A DNA stretch of 64,000 bases from the NCBI GenBank assembly GCA_964608725.1, contig CAZSPB010000001.1, forward strand, positions 171,696 to 235,695. The letters are read 5' to 3'. The DNA is from an uncultured archaeon (GTDB lineage: Archaea; Aenigmatarchaeota; Aenigmatarchaeia; Aenigmatarchaeales; Aenigmatarchaeaceae). Under the pieces are notes generated by a model that worked only from the letters and a program-made list of their open reading frames with translations, was not told where the DNA came from and searched no databases. Shown here in pieces: positions 8,447 to 18,810 of the stretch. Position numbers and translations under genes: made by a program. How positions within the stretch are numbered: the stretch's first letter is position 1; every line of letters starts with the position of its first letter.

Positions 8447-10102
8447 TCACATACGTTCTATCAAAGGTATCATGAGAAGAGTTAGGCCAGTTTTTAAAAC
8501 ATTCTTAACACATTCAACAAGCTTCAATCTAGCATTTTTGAATTTTTCTTCAGATTTTAAAATTGGTATATTTTGATAAAACTCGTTAAATGAATCTGCC
8601 AACTTATGCAAATAATTTGCTAAGTAATGAGGCCTTAATTCCTTTCTACATTTTTCTAAAATTTCTGGATATTTTGCTAAAAGTTTTAATATCTTTTTTT
8701 CTTTTTCTTCTTTTAAATATCTTCCATCAAAATTTTCGTATTTCCCTTTTTTCAATAAAGAGTTTATCCTTGCGTAAGTGTATTGAAGATACGGTCCTGT
8801 ATCACCTTCAAATTTTAAGGCCCTTTTCCATGAAAAATTAACGATTTTTTCTGGCGAGTATTTCAGTATAAAGTAAATTATAGACGAGAGCGCTATAGCT
8901 TCTGCCCTTTTTATTTTTTCTTTATCTTCTAAATCTTTCCATCTTTTTTCAATCTCTTTTAAAGATCTTTTTTCTCCTTCTTCTAACAAATCATCCCATA
9001 AAACCATCCAACCTTTTCTTGCAGACATTTTTTTACCTTCTAAAAGAACCATAGAAAACCAAAGATGAATTGAATTTTTTGCCAATTCTTTGTAACCAAG
9101 AAGTTCTAAAGTTTTGAATTGTTGTTCAAAATGAAGTTTTTGATCTTCTGCAACAACATAAATATTTAATTCAGGTTTATACTTTTCATATTTTAACAAA
9201 GTTAAGGCAATATCCCTAGTTAAATATAACCCAGTACCATCTGATCTTAAAATTATAGTATTAGGAAGTTCTGGTTCAAGTTTTAGAACTAAAGCACCTT
9301 CTGAATCAAAAACTAAATTCTTTTCTTTTAACTCTTCAACTACTTCTTTACTCTTTTTTATAAGTTCAGATTCCCATATAATTTCATCAAACTTTACGCC
9401 AATTTTTTTCCAATTCTCTTTAAATCCTTCTAAACACCAATTAAAAACTTTTTTAGCGATTTTTACTATTTCTTCATCACCACTTTCATACTTTTTCAAT
9501 ATTCCAAATACCTTTTTCTCCAAATCTGGTTCTCTTTTTATTTTTTCATTCATTTCGTAGTAAATATTACCTAGCCAAACATCGGGTTTACCTTCAGGTT
9601 CTTCCCCATTTGCAAGTAATTTGTAGCCAAGCAATAATATTGCTGCTTGCTTCCCTAAATCATTTAAATAACAAATTCTTTTTACTTCATAGCCTTGAAA
9701 CTCTAGAATTCTTGATAAAGACTCTCCAATTAAAGTTGACCTTAAAGTTCCCATATGAAATGGGTGTGCTGGGTTCGGTGAAGATAAATCAATCACAACT
9801 CTTTTTTTTATTTCATTTTTTCCGTATTCTTCACTGATAGTTTCTAGAAGAACTTGTGAAAAATCTTCCCACTTTATATAAAAGTTAAGATATGGCCCTT
9901 CTGCTTTTGTTTCTAAAAATTTTATTTTCGTTTTTTTCGCAAGTTCTTTAGCTACTTCTTCTGGCCTTTTCTTCAATTTTCTCGCTAAATTGAAACAAGG
10001 ATATGCAAAATCACCATGCTCTTCTGGTTCTTCAATATCTTCAATACTGACTTTTAAATTTTCAGCTATTTTTTCTTTTAAATCTTTCCAAAAATTTTGC
10101 AT
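8447..10102 (-). CDS. argS: Arginyl-tRNA synthetase
   Basis: 551 aa. Class I HIGH-like PNPAHPFHMGTLRST, ArgRS-specific GKKMSARKGWMVLWDDLLEEG, and a C-terminal anticodon-binding (DALR) region. Confidence 0.85.
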   Translation of the reverse strand: MQNFWKDLKEKIAENLKVSIEDIEEPEEHGDFAYPCFNLARKLKKRPEEVAKELAKKTKIKFLETKAEGPYLNFYIKWEDFSQVLLETISEEYGKNEIKKRVVIDLSSPNPAHPFHMGTLRSTLIGESLSRILEFQGYEVKRICYLNDLGKQAAILLLGYKLLANGEEPEGKPDVWLGNIYYEMNEKIKREPDLEKKVFGILKKYESGDEEIVKIAKKVFNWCLEGFKENWKKIGVKFDEIIWESELIKKSKEVVEELKEKNLVFDSEGALVLKLEPELPNTIILRSDGTGLYLTRDIALTLLKYEKYKPELNIYVVAEDQKLHFEQQFKTLELLGYKELAKNSIHLWFSMVLLEGKKMSARKGWMVLWDDLLEEGEKRSLKEIEKRWKDLEDKEKIKRAEAIALSSIIYFILKYSPEKIVNFSWKRALKFEGDTGPYLQYTYARINSLLKKGKYENFDGRYLKEEKEKKILKLLAKYPEILEKCRKELRPHYLANYLHKLADSFNEFYQNIPILKSEEKFKNARLKLVECVKNVLKTGLTLLMIPLIERM

Positions 10103-10152
10103 TTTATCCCTTCCTATACATCTTTTCTTATATAAATTGTTAATATATAATT

Positions 10153-10557
10153 ATGCGTGCTCAGACTGCTTTCGAGTACTTGATGATATTTTCTATAATT
10201 TTAGCTATTGTTGGAATATTAACTCTTTACGCAGGAGAAATGACAAAAAGAAATGAAGATGATATTAGGGTTGCAAATGTTATGACAGTAGTTAATAAAA
10301 TTGTAGAGGCAGCTAATATAGTTTATACTCAAGGTAAACCATCTCAAATTACTTTAAACCTTTATATACCAGAAGGTGTAGAGTCAATAGAAATAAGTGA
10401 TAAAAAAATTTTGATAAAAGTTAGAGTGAGTAATGGCTTAACTGATGTTTTTGCATTTTCAAAAGCTTCTTTACAAGGTAGTATTTCTTTAACACCAGGA
10501 ACTAAAAAAATAAAGGTGATAGCAGAGGAAAATTATGTTAACATTACGGAAAGCTGA
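10153..10557 (+). CDS. Type IV pilin-like protein (class III signal peptide, DUF361-type)
   Basis: MRAQTAFEYLMIFSIILAIVGILTL: K/R-A/G-Q then TA[F/I]EYL, followed by a hydrophobic helix. Same N-terminal design as 18811..19263. Confidence 0.7.
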   Translation: MRAQTAFEYLMIFSIILAIVGILTLYAGEMTKRNEDDIRVANVMTVVNKIVEAANIVYTQGKPSQITLNLYIPEGVESIEISDKKILIKVRVSNGLTDVFAFSKASLQGSISLTPGTKKIKVIAEENYVNITES

Positions 10558-10939
10558 AGTTTCAATAGAATTTCTATTTTTGGTAGGAATTATTCTTTTC
10601 ATTTTTGTTATTGTTGATGTTCTTGTTGGTTTAAGAATAAAAGAAATAAATGAATCTTCCATTTCTTTAGAAGCTCAAAAAATTGTAAGAAGTGTTGCTA
10701 ATGAAATTAATATAGCAACAAGGATTAAAGGTTATTACAGAGAGTTCGAATTGCCTAAAAATCTTCCTAACGGTGAAAACTACTCTATTTCTATAAATAA
10801 AGATTTTAGGTTAGTAGAAATAAAATGGGATAATAAAATTTCTGTTTCAAAAATTCTCACCGAGAATATAACAGGAATTGTAAAGCCTGGTGTAAACAGG
10901 ATTAGAAATGAGGAGGGGTTGATAATAATTGAAAGCTGA
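10535..10939 (+). CDS. Pilin-like protein (class III signal peptide-like N-terminus)
   Basis: MLTLRKAEVSIEFLFLVGIILFIFVIV: RKAE/VSIEFL mimics the QTAIEYL motif, followed by a TM helix. Overlaps the upstream pilin gene by 23 nt. Confidence 0.45.
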   Translation: MLTLRKAEVSIEFLFLVGIILFIFVIVDVLVGLRIKEINESSISLEAQKIVRSVANEINIATRIKGYYREFELPKNLPNGENYSISINKDFRLVEIKWDNKISVSKILTENITGIVKPGVNRIRNEEGLIIIES

Positions 10940-11435
10940 AATATTTTCCTGGGATTTTGTAACTGGAATAATAATATTTTCTTCTGTAGTGATAATGCTT
11001 GGTGTATATTACAACAACATTTATAATGATATTTACGAATCTGAAATGAGAAAAGATTTACAAATGAAAACGATAAGTGTTGCTGATCTTTTAGCAACTA
11101 GTAGTGGTGAACCAGAATTTTGGAATTCTACTAATGTGAAAGTTATAGGACTTTATGATTCAGGAGTGTTTAACTTAACAAAGTTTGATGAATTAAAGAA
11201 AATGGATTATAAGGATGTTAAAAATATATTAGGAATAGGTGGTTATGAAATTTACATAGAAATACAAAATGAGACAGGAAATGTTATAAAAGTAGGGGAT
11301 TCAACTTATTCTTTTGGCATGCCTTTGAATAATGTGAGGAATGCATTTTCAGTTAAGAGATTGGGATTAATTAAAATTAATGATAATTTTCAAAAATCAA
11401 TATTGCAGGTTGTATTATGGTCAAGAGAGGTATAG
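10929..11435 (+). CDS. Pilin-like protein
   Basis: (TTG start per track) KAEIFSWDFVTGIIIFSSVVIMLGVYY: a charged KAE tag followed by a hydrophobic helix. Confidence 0.4.
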   Translation: MKAEIFSWDFVTGIIIFSSVVIMLGVYYNNIYNDIYESEMRKDLQMKTISVADLLATSSGEPEFWNSTNVKVIGLYDSGVFNLTKFDELKKMDYKDVKNILGIGGYEIYIEIQNETGNVIKVGDSTYSFGMPLNNVRNAFSVKRLGLIKINDNFQKSILQVVLWSREV

Positions 11436-13285
11436 TATTTACTCTTGAGTCTATCATTGCTTTAGGAATAGCTGCAGCACTTATTTCATCTATAGCTTTT
11501 TTTAGAGTAGAAATTACTTCGCCATACTTATCTGCTCAGCAATTGCATTCTTTATCCGAAGATATACTAACAATACTTTCTGAATCCCAATTGAGTGATA
11601 TAGTTTCAGAAGACTTGATTAATGATTATTTAGCAAGCGGTATATTAGATAATGAAGATTTGAATAAAAAAACAATTGATGTTATAGGTGCATTATGGTC
11701 TGGTGGAAAAAAGGATGAAGCAGGAAATATAACAAAAGATATTCTTGAAAATTTCTTACCAGAAAATATTGGTTACGAACTTTTAATAAACGGTGATAGC
11801 ATTTACAATTCTTCAGACACAACAAGGCCAAAATATGAAGACGCAAGTGTTGAAATATCATCTGCAAGGATAGCTTCTGGTTATGAAAAATATAGGCCAA
11901 CTGAGGGATATGTAGCAAGGGCTATAGCGAAAACTATAAAGAAGAATAACACTTTAGTTGTGATGGGTGATGTTATTTCTAGTAGTGTAAGGAGGCCATG
12001 GGGAGGAAACAATGGTAATCAAGTTAACATAAGTTATGTGATAAATTTGCCTAATGATGCTCAAATAATAGATGCATACTGGTTCATAGAAGCAGCTTGG
12101 GTAGATAACAAATTCAAAGCATACTTAAATGGCGTTTACATACCTGGTAGTGATGCAACAGGTAACAAGCTTCTAACAGATCTAGAAGGTTATTTGCATC
12201 CAGGCCTTAACATAGGGAATGTTGTTTATAGGTATGGTGCTGGAGGGAGAACTGGTGGTGATGATGGAGCAACTCATATTGTTGTAGTTTATAATACTTC
12301 AACAAAATCAACTTTGGAAGAATTTGATAAGTTTTATTTTCAGACTGTGATTTCTAATTGTTCAATTGAATATAAAAAACCAATATTCGTTATTGGTGAT
12401 GTTTACAACTTAAGTGTCCGTCTTAACCTTACCCCTCAAACACAAGTAAGCACAGTAACATTAAAATTTATGTGGAAAGGTGAAATTTTTACTATAAGTA
12501 CAAAAAATGTTGTTAATGGTATTGTAGAGTGGAATGATAATGAAATAAGGAATGCTTTGAATTCTAATGGTATAAGCTATGATGAATTAGGAGGTAGATT
12601 TTTTTGGTTCATAGTAGATGTTGATACTTATCATGAGTTAGAGTTTATTGGTTATGAGAGAAGAATAGTTGGTAACGATTCTTATGTGAGTGTGAATTAT
12701 TCTAGAAGAAGTGAAATCTATAATTTCATTGACCTAACAAGAACTCTTACTAATTATTCTTATGCTATTCCTGATTTATGGGGCTTTTATAGGTATGTAA
12801 GGTGGGACTTTAATCTTACTAATAAAATACCTTTAATGGCAAAATGGCAATATGCATGGCTTTATTATGATGGTTCAAATCCTAGACAACTTGCTAAGGC
12901 TAACGATATAATTCTTTATAATCACGATCCTACAAATTCTTCTAGTGATCCTTTAATAATTGAATTTGCAAGATTTGGTTACGATACTAATCCAGAAGGT
13001 GTTTTATTGAGTGATGAAAACAAATTTGAATTGAATTTTTCATGGGGCTACGCTGTTAATCCTGATAATTCCCTAGGAGAAGCAACTTTCTTAATACCAG
13101 CTTCTGTAGGTTATGGTGATTTATTTGAGAATGAAAGCGATGCAATAAATGATGCTATTCAAAGGTTAACAAGTTTGTTAGGAGAAGATATTTCAGCAGT
13201 CGATATAACCGTAGAATCTTTAAGTGTAGCTGGTGTTCCTTATATGTGGGGGCCAGTAGAAGTTAGGTTAAGGGTGTGGATATGA
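11417..13285 (+). CDS. Large pilin-like / putative pilus tip adhesin (622 aa)
   Basis: MVKRGIVFTLESIIALGIAAALISSIAFF is a pilin-type N-terminal helix, followed by about 590 aa of Asn/Ser/Thr/Tyr-rich extracellular domain. Overlaps neighbouring genes as in an operon. Confidence 0.45.
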   Translation: MVKRGIVFTLESIIALGIAAALISSIAFFRVEITSPYLSAQQLHSLSEDILTILSESQLSDIVSEDLINDYLASGILDNEDLNKKTIDVIGALWSGGKKDEAGNITKDILENFLPENIGYELLINGDSIYNSSDTTRPKYEDASVEISSARIASGYEKYRPTEGYVARAIAKTIKKNNTLVVMGDVISSSVRRPWGGNNGNQVNISYVINLPNDAQIIDAYWFIEAAWVDNKFKAYLNGVYIPGSDATGNKLLTDLEGYLHPGLNIGNVVYRYGAGGRTGGDDGATHIVVVYNTSTKSTLEEFDKFYFQTVISNCSIEYKKPIFVIGDVYNLSVRLNLTPQTQVSTVTLKFMWKGEIFTISTKNVVNGIVEWNDNEIRNALNSNGISYDELGGRFFWFIVDVDTYHELEFIGYERRIVGNDSYVSVNYSRRSEIYNFIDLTRTLTNYSYAIPDLWGFYRYVRWDFNLTNKIPLMAKWQYAWLYYDGSNPRQLAKANDIILYNHDPTNSSSDPLIIEFARFGYDTNPEGVLLSDENKFELNFSWGYAVNPDNSLGEATFLIPASVGYGDLFENESDAINDAIQRLTSLLGEDISAVDITVESLSVAGVPYMWGPVEVRLRVWI

Positions 13286-14496
13286 AAGGTATACTTTACA
13301 GTATAATGACAATTCTTTTAGCTTTACCCTTAATAAGCTTAATTCTTTTTTATAGTGTACCAAAGAGTGAAAATATAGATATAAACATAAGAGCGAATGA
13401 GCTAAAATATTTTGTTGATAGCATAGAAAATGATTTAAGAAGGTTTTTAGAAATAAGTGGCAAGAGAACATTAATCTCTGCTGTCTCTTATGTTATAATG
13501 AATGGTACAGGTTTGGATGATGCTCAGCTAAGGCTAAGTGAGATGATAGAGAATGGAACTCTATATGGAGAAGGAGCTGCTTTAGTAGACAAAAGTAACA
13601 TAAACATCTGGAAACAAAATATTACAAGTGCATCAGAAAAATCTGGTTTTGAAATAGAGTTTAAAGATATTGAAATTAATATAACTCAAAATAGCAGCTT
13701 TGATGTTCTTTTTGAAGTCAGAATTTTTGTGAATATAACTGATGAAAAAGCAAAGATGGGTGTTTTAAGAAATGTTAGTGCTGTAGTTAGCGTTCCAATA
13801 GAAGGTTTAGAAGATCCTCTCTTTCCTTTAAAAACTTATGGTAGGGTGACAAGAATAATAAGAGCTTCAAATTTTTCGAAACAAACAAACTTTTTAGTTC
13901 AAGGTACTAACTCTACTGGTTCTGTAAGTGGTTACGCGTTTGTTAAATTATCTTCTCAAGTTCAACCAGAAGATGCAAATTCCAGTAGGATATTAGTTAC
14001 TGATACTATAACGGGAATAGAATCTATAGCTTCCTCTTTTGGCGGTGTTGTTTCAGAGTCAGACACTATAATTCCTGGAGGATTCACAGGAGTTGCTATT
14101 ACAGGAGCAACAAATGCCATGGAAATAATAAAAAATGAAACAAAAATTTACTTGGATGGTGAAACGAAGAAAGTTTGGGATCTTAATAATCTTACTCAAG
14201 ATATAAAAAATGGATATTATCATTCTTCAAATTATGGAGCAAGTTTTTTGGATAGATTAGAAGGTAACTTTTCACTTTCTGCTAAGTATAAATATGGGTT
14301 GGAGACATTTGTTAATTTAGAAGATTTAGCTGCAGCTGATATAACTACTAAACCATCAACGAGCTGTTTAGATTATGAATATTGGAACGATACTTATGGC
14401 TATAGCATAAGGAATGGAAATTATGATCCTGTATTCAATTGGTTTAAAATATCTCAGAATAGTGCAATTATTTATGGGATTGAAGATTTAATTTGA
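13276..14496 (+). CDS. Pilus-associated protein with N-terminal TM/pilin-like helix (406 aa)
   Basis: MDMKGILYSIMTILLALPLISLILF N-terminal hydrophobic helix, then a large extracellular domain with many NxS/T sequons. Confidence 0.4.
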   Translation: MDMKGILYSIMTILLALPLISLILFYSVPKSENIDINIRANELKYFVDSIENDLRRFLEISGKRTLISAVSYVIMNGTGLDDAQLRLSEMIENGTLYGEGAALVDKSNINIWKQNITSASEKSGFEIEFKDIEINITQNSSFDVLFEVRIFVNITDEKAKMGVLRNVSAVVSVPIEGLEDPLFPLKTYGRVTRIIRASNFSKQTNFLVQGTNSTGSVSGYAFVKLSSQVQPEDANSSRILVTDTITGIESIASSFGGVVSESDTIIPGGFTGVAITGATNAMEIIKNETKIYLDGETKKVWDLNNLTQDIKNGYYHSSNYGASFLDRLEGNFSLSAKYKYGLETFVNLEDLAAADITTKPSTSCLDYEYWNDTYGYSIRNGNYDPVFNWFKISQNSAIIYGIEDLI

Positions 14497-14508
14497 ATAG
14501 GGAGTAAG

Positions 14509-15303
14509 ATGGAAGAATTTAAAAAATTGTTGATAGAAACTCCTGTAGATGAGCTAATAAAACTTGTTTCTAAAAAGAAAAAAGTAAGTTTAAGGGAAGC
14601 AGCAAATTTCTTAAATGTTAGTGAAGCTCAAGTGGAAGAGTGGGTTAGGATTTTAGAAGATCGTGGTTTTGTTGAGTTAAAATATCCTGCTATAGGCGAA
14701 CCAGAAATTGTGTTTAAAGAGATTCCAAAAGAAGTTGCATTAGAAAAGAAAAAAGAGTTAGAAGAAAGGAAAGAAAAGATAGAAGAAAAAGCTAAAGAGT
14801 TTGAAGAGATAGTTTCAAAAACTGAAAAAGAAATAAAAATAACTGATAAAAGATTTGCAAAGTTGGAGAAAGAATTAAAGAAAAGAATGGAGAAACTGAA
14901 AAGGGATTTGAAAAACTTGGAATTGTTAAAGGTTAAAAAAGAGAAAGCTTTGAAAGAAGCAAAGGAAGTGAAAGAAGTTGCAGAAAAAGTCAGTAAAGAT
15001 TTTGATAGGATAGAAAATGAAGTTAAGAATATGGAAAAAATAATAGAAGAACAATTAGAAAAAATCCATTCTCATGAAAATGAAATTAAAAATTTAGAAG
15101 AAATGAGAAGGATGATAGAAAATGAAATAAAACTATTGGAAAAAGAAATGAAAATATTAAAACTCTTTGTGAAGAAACCCATTTTCAAGTTTAACCTTAG
15201 AAAAATATTTTCTTTTGGAAAAGAAAAATTAGAAAAAACTAAAACAGAGAAAAACAATTTGCACAAAAAGTTGATAGAACTAAAAGAAAAAATAAAGACT
15301 TAG
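14509..15303 (+). CDS. Winged-helix plus coiled-coil protein of pilus locus
   Basis: N-terminal wHTH-like segment (VSLREAANFLNVSEAQVEEWVRILEDRGFVEL) followed by about 180 aa of K/E-rich heptad coiled coil. Confidence 0.4.
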   Translation: MEEFKKLLIETPVDELIKLVSKKKKVSLREAANFLNVSEAQVEEWVRILEDRGFVELKYPAIGEPEIVFKEIPKEVALEKKKELEERKEKIEEKAKEFEEIVSKTEKEIKITDKRFAKLEKELKKRMEKLKRDLKNLELLKVKKEKALKEAKEVKEVAEKVSKDFDRIENEVKNMEKIIEEQLEKIHSHENEIKNLEEMRRMIENEIKLLEKEMKILKLFVKKPIFKFNLRKIFSFGKEKLEKTKTEKNNLHKKLIELKEKIKT

Positions 15304-15310
15304 GGATATT

Positions 15311-16852
15311 ATGGAAGTTCTATCAAGTTACACTATAATTGCTGATAATGTTCCTGGTAATGTAACGATAGTTAAAAGGCCAGAAGAATTCACACCAGTG
15401 TATGAAATAAAGTTTCCAAAAATAGAACCTGCAACTCAAGCAATTTTGGATTCTATTAAGGAAAGGTTAGTTGAAATAGTTAAGATAGAAATATCTGAAA
15501 TTTTAGATCCAAAAGCTATGGAAGAGATAAAGAAAAAATTCTTGTTAAGTGCTAATGAAGAATTAACTAAAGAATTACCTCAAATTAATGAAAAAGAAAA
15601 GAATATTTTATCAGGTTATTTAGTTCATGAAATGTTAGGCTTGGGAAGGTTAGAGATATTATTGAATGATGATAATTTAGAAGAAATAGTTATTAACAAT
15701 TCTACAGAGCCGGTATGGGTGTTTCATAAAAAATTTGGCTGGTTAAAAACTAACATCATAATACCTTCTGAAGAACAAATTTATAATTATGCCAGCTTAA
15801 TAGGAAGAAAAGTAGGAAGACAAATAACAAATTTAAATCCCCTTATGGATGCTCACTTAATAACGGGAGATAGAGTAAACGCAACTTTGTTCCCAATATC
15901 AACAAAAGGTAATACTATAACTATAAGAAAATTTAGGAGAGAACCATGGACAATAATTCATTTCATTGATCCTCAACTGAAAACTATTTCTAAAGAAGTT
16001 GCTGCATTATTATGGCTATGTATCCAATATGAGCTTAACATCTTAATTGCAGGAGGAACTGCTTCTGGTAAGACTTCTTTGTTGAATGCTTTAATGCCTT
16101 TCATACCTCCCAATCATAGAGTTATATCAATAGAAGATACAAGAGAACTTAGGCTTCCTGATTTTCTTCACTGGATACCGTTAACAACAAGAGAACCTAA
16201 TCCTGAAGGTAAAGGCGAAGTTTCTATGCTTGATTTGCTTGTCAATTCTTTAAGAATGAGACCAGATAGAGTTATAGTAGGAGAGATAAGAAGGCAAAAA
16301 GAAGCAGAAGTTTTGTTCGAAGCTATGCATACTGGCCACAGTGTTTATGCAACACTCCATGCAGATAGAGCAGAACAAGTCATAAGAAGGTTAATAAACC
16401 CTCCTATAGACCTTCCTGAAAGTCTCTTAGAAGCTTTACATTTAGTTGTAGTTCAATATAGACATAGAAGATTAGGTATAAGAAGAACTTTGGAAGTTGC
16501 TGAATTAATACCAGGAGAAACAGGAAGAATACCACCAAGACTAGAAATTCTTTATAGGTGGAAACCTAGGACAGATACTATAGAAAAAGTAAAGAATAGT
16601 ATAAGGCTAATTAATGAGATAAGATTGCACACAGGAATGAGTGATGAAGAAATGGAAAACGATTTGAAAGAAAAAGAGATGATACTACAATGGATGCTAG
16701 ATAATAATATTAAAACTGTTAACACAGTTGGAAAAGTTGTTGCTGAATATTATCATAACAAAGAGAATGTTTTGAAATTAGTAAAAGGTAAAAAAAGTCC
16801 AGAAAAACTTCTTGGAAAAGAGTTGATGAAAGAAATAGAAAAAGTTGTTTAA
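15311..16852 (+). CDS. Type IV pilus/archaellum assembly ATPase (FlaI/PilB/GspE family)
   Basis: 513 aa. Walker A GGTASGKTS, Walker B/Asp box LRMRPDRVIVGEIR, His box HTGHSVYATLHA, and a FlaI-like N-terminal domain. Confidence 0.85.
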   Translation: MEVLSSYTIIADNVPGNVTIVKRPEEFTPVYEIKFPKIEPATQAILDSIKERLVEIVKIEISEILDPKAMEEIKKKFLLSANEELTKELPQINEKEKNILSGYLVHEMLGLGRLEILLNDDNLEEIVINNSTEPVWVFHKKFGWLKTNIIIPSEEQIYNYASLIGRKVGRQITNLNPLMDAHLITGDRVNATLFPISTKGNTITIRKFRREPWTIIHFIDPQLKTISKEVAALLWLCIQYELNILIAGGTASGKTSLLNALMPFIPPNHRVISIEDTRELRLPDFLHWIPLTTREPNPEGKGEVSMLDLLVNSLRMRPDRVIVGEIRRQKEAEVLFEAMHTGHSVYATLHADRAEQVIRRLINPPIDLPESLLEALHLVVVQYRHRRLGIRRTLEVAELIPGETGRIPPRLEILYRWKPRTDTIEKVKNSIRLINEIRLHTGMSDEEMENDLKEKEMILQWMLDNNIKTVNTVGKVVAEYYHNKENVLKLVKGKKSPEKLLGKELMKEIEKVV

Positions 16853-16853
16853 T

Positions 16854-17726
16854 ATGATAATTCCTTTTGTTCCATTTCCTTTGAAAAAGTTAAGAAGGAT
16901 AATAAAAATATTTGAAAAAAGTGGGAACGTAATTGCCAAATCAGTACCTTCGCTTAAGCTAGATTTATATCAAGCTGAAATTCACTTATCTCCAACTAGA
17001 TATTCTTCCATAGTTGTTTTCACAGCACTATTCTACTTTTTTCTTTTAACTTTCCTAACTTTTTTCATTGGTTTAGTAGTTGGAAAAGTCGATTTTTTAC
17101 TTCCAATTTCAATTGGAGCTATATTTTCATTTTTTGTTTTTTCCTACCTTCTTAAGTATCCTAAATTTCTTGCTATAAGAAGAATGAAAAGGTTAGAAAG
17201 AGATTTGTTGAATGCATTAGAGCATATACTAATAGAGATAAAATCAGGTGTTCCCCTTTTTAACGCTATGGCTGGTGTAACAGAAGGTTATGGAGAAATA
17301 AGCAAGGAATTTGAAATAATAGTTAAAGAGATAAATGCAGGAGTTTCAGAAATAGAAGCTCTTCAAAGAGCTTCTGTAAGAAACCCTTCTCTTCATTTCA
17401 GGAGAGCAATATGGCAAATCACTAATGCAATGAAAGCAGGAAGTGATGTGGCTTCAGCTTTAGAAGCAATAGTTAGCACTTTAACAAGAGAACAAATAAT
17501 AGCTATTAGAAGGTATGGCCAAGAATTGAGTCCTTACACTTTAATGTACATGTTAGTAGCAGTTATAATGCCGACTTTAGGTATTACATTCTTAATCATT
17601 TTGTCCTCATTTTCTGGAATAAAAATACCTAGTATAATATTTCCTTTAATTCTTATAGGCCTTTCAATATTTCAATACTTTTTCATGGGAATGGTAAAAA
17701 CAAAAAGGCCATCAATGGTGAGTTAG
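16854..17726 (+). CDS. FlaJ/TadC/PilC-like platform membrane protein, first T2SSF-domain half
   Basis: Track start is TTG 16845; the likely start is ATG 16854. One T2SSF-like cytoplasmic domain (LNALEHILIEIKSGVPLFNAMAGV) with flanking TM helices. Confidence 0.6.
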   Translation: MIIPFVPFPLKKLRRIIKIFEKSGNVIAKSVPSLKLDLYQAEIHLSPTRYSSIVVFTALFYFFLLTFLTFFIGLVVGKVDFLLPISIGAIFSFFVFSYLLKYPKFLAIRRMKRLERDLLNALEHILIEIKSGVPLFNAMAGVTEGYGEISKEFEIIVKEINAGVSEIEALQRASVRNPSLHFRRAIWQITNAMKAGSDVASALEAIVSTLTREQIIAIRRYGQELSPYTLMYMLVAVIMPTLGITFLIILSSFSGIKIPSIIFPLILIGLSIFQYFFMGMVKTKRPSMVS

Positions 17727-18757
17727 TGAAAGATATAATTAAAAAAATAAAGAAGTTGAGATTAAAAGAAAAGTTGTTATACTTCACTCCAAAAAAGTAC
17801 AGAGACATCATTAAAAGAGAGATGAGGTATGCAGGCCTTAAAGAAGGTTTTGCTAACAGATTCATTGCCTTCTCATTTCTCTTTTCTTTAGGTTTAGCTT
17901 GTGTTATAATGTTTGATTTATGGATGTTTGGTTTGGGTAATGTAGGGACTATGATAGGTATTGTGATTGGTGCTTTGAGTTTTGTTATATTACAAATTTC
18001 AATAATTCTCATAGCTGATTCTAGAGCTTCTGAAGTGGAAAAAGTTTTACCAGATGCATTACAATTAATGGCAGCTAACATTAGAGCAGGAATGACTATT
18101 GACAGAGCTATTTGGCTTTCAGCAAGGCCTGAATTTGGTATTCTGGAAGAAGAGATAAGAAGAGTTGGTGCTAAGACGATAGGAGGTAAACCTTTGAAAG
18201 TTGCTTTAAAAGAAATGACAAAAGGGATTAAGTCTGAGATATTAGATAAAACGGTTAAGTTGATTATAGAAGGTATAGAAGCTGGTGGTGAACTTGCTCA
18301 CTTACTTGAAGAGACAGCAAACAATATTAGAGTAACTCAATCTTTAAAAAAAGAAATAAAGTCATCTGTCACAACTTATTCTCTTTTTATACTTTTTGCT
18401 GCTGTTTTAGGTGCACCTGTACTATTTTCGATAAGCCTTTTCTTTGTTGAAACTATGACAAAACTTTGGTCACCAGAGGTTTTGGGTAACGTTGAAGTAA
18501 CTGGAGCAGGATTTGGGGGAGGATTTTTTGCAAAAGCAACAGGCCCTCAAATAACACCATCTCAACTTTTTTGGTTTGCCATCTCAACTTTAATGGTTAC
18601 AACATTTTTCGCATCATTAATAATCGGTCTCATACAAACAGGAAAAGAAAAAAATGGAATAAAATTTATCGCACCTTTAATGTTAGGAGCAATAGCAGTA
18701 TTCTTATTAGCTCGTTATGTAGTTGGCTATTTCTTTGGTAGCCTTTTCATAATATAG
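17726..18757 (+). CDS. FlaJ/TadC/PilC-like platform membrane protein, second T2SSF-domain half
   Basis: GTG start overlapping the upstream stop by 1 nt. T2SSF motif LPDALQLMAANIRAGMTIDRAIWL. Several TM helices. Confidence 0.65.
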   Translation: MKDIIKKIKKLRLKEKLLYFTPKKYRDIIKREMRYAGLKEGFANRFIAFSFLFSLGLACVIMFDLWMFGLGNVGTMIGIVIGALSFVILQISIILIADSRASEVEKVLPDALQLMAANIRAGMTIDRAIWLSARPEFGILEEEIRRVGAKTIGGKPLKVALKEMTKGIKSEILDKTVKLIIEGIEAGGELAHLLEETANNIRVTQSLKKEIKSSVTTYSLFILFAAVLGAPVLFSISLFFVETMTKLWSPEVLGNVEVTGAGFGGGFFAKATGPQITPSQLFWFAISTLMVTTFFASLIIGLIQTGKEKNGIKFIAPLMLGAIAVFLLARYVVGYFFGSLFII

Positions 18758-18810
18758 AAAGCTTTAAGTATAGATTTTCACAATAAAATGAGTAGAATGG
18801 AGGTGTATGA

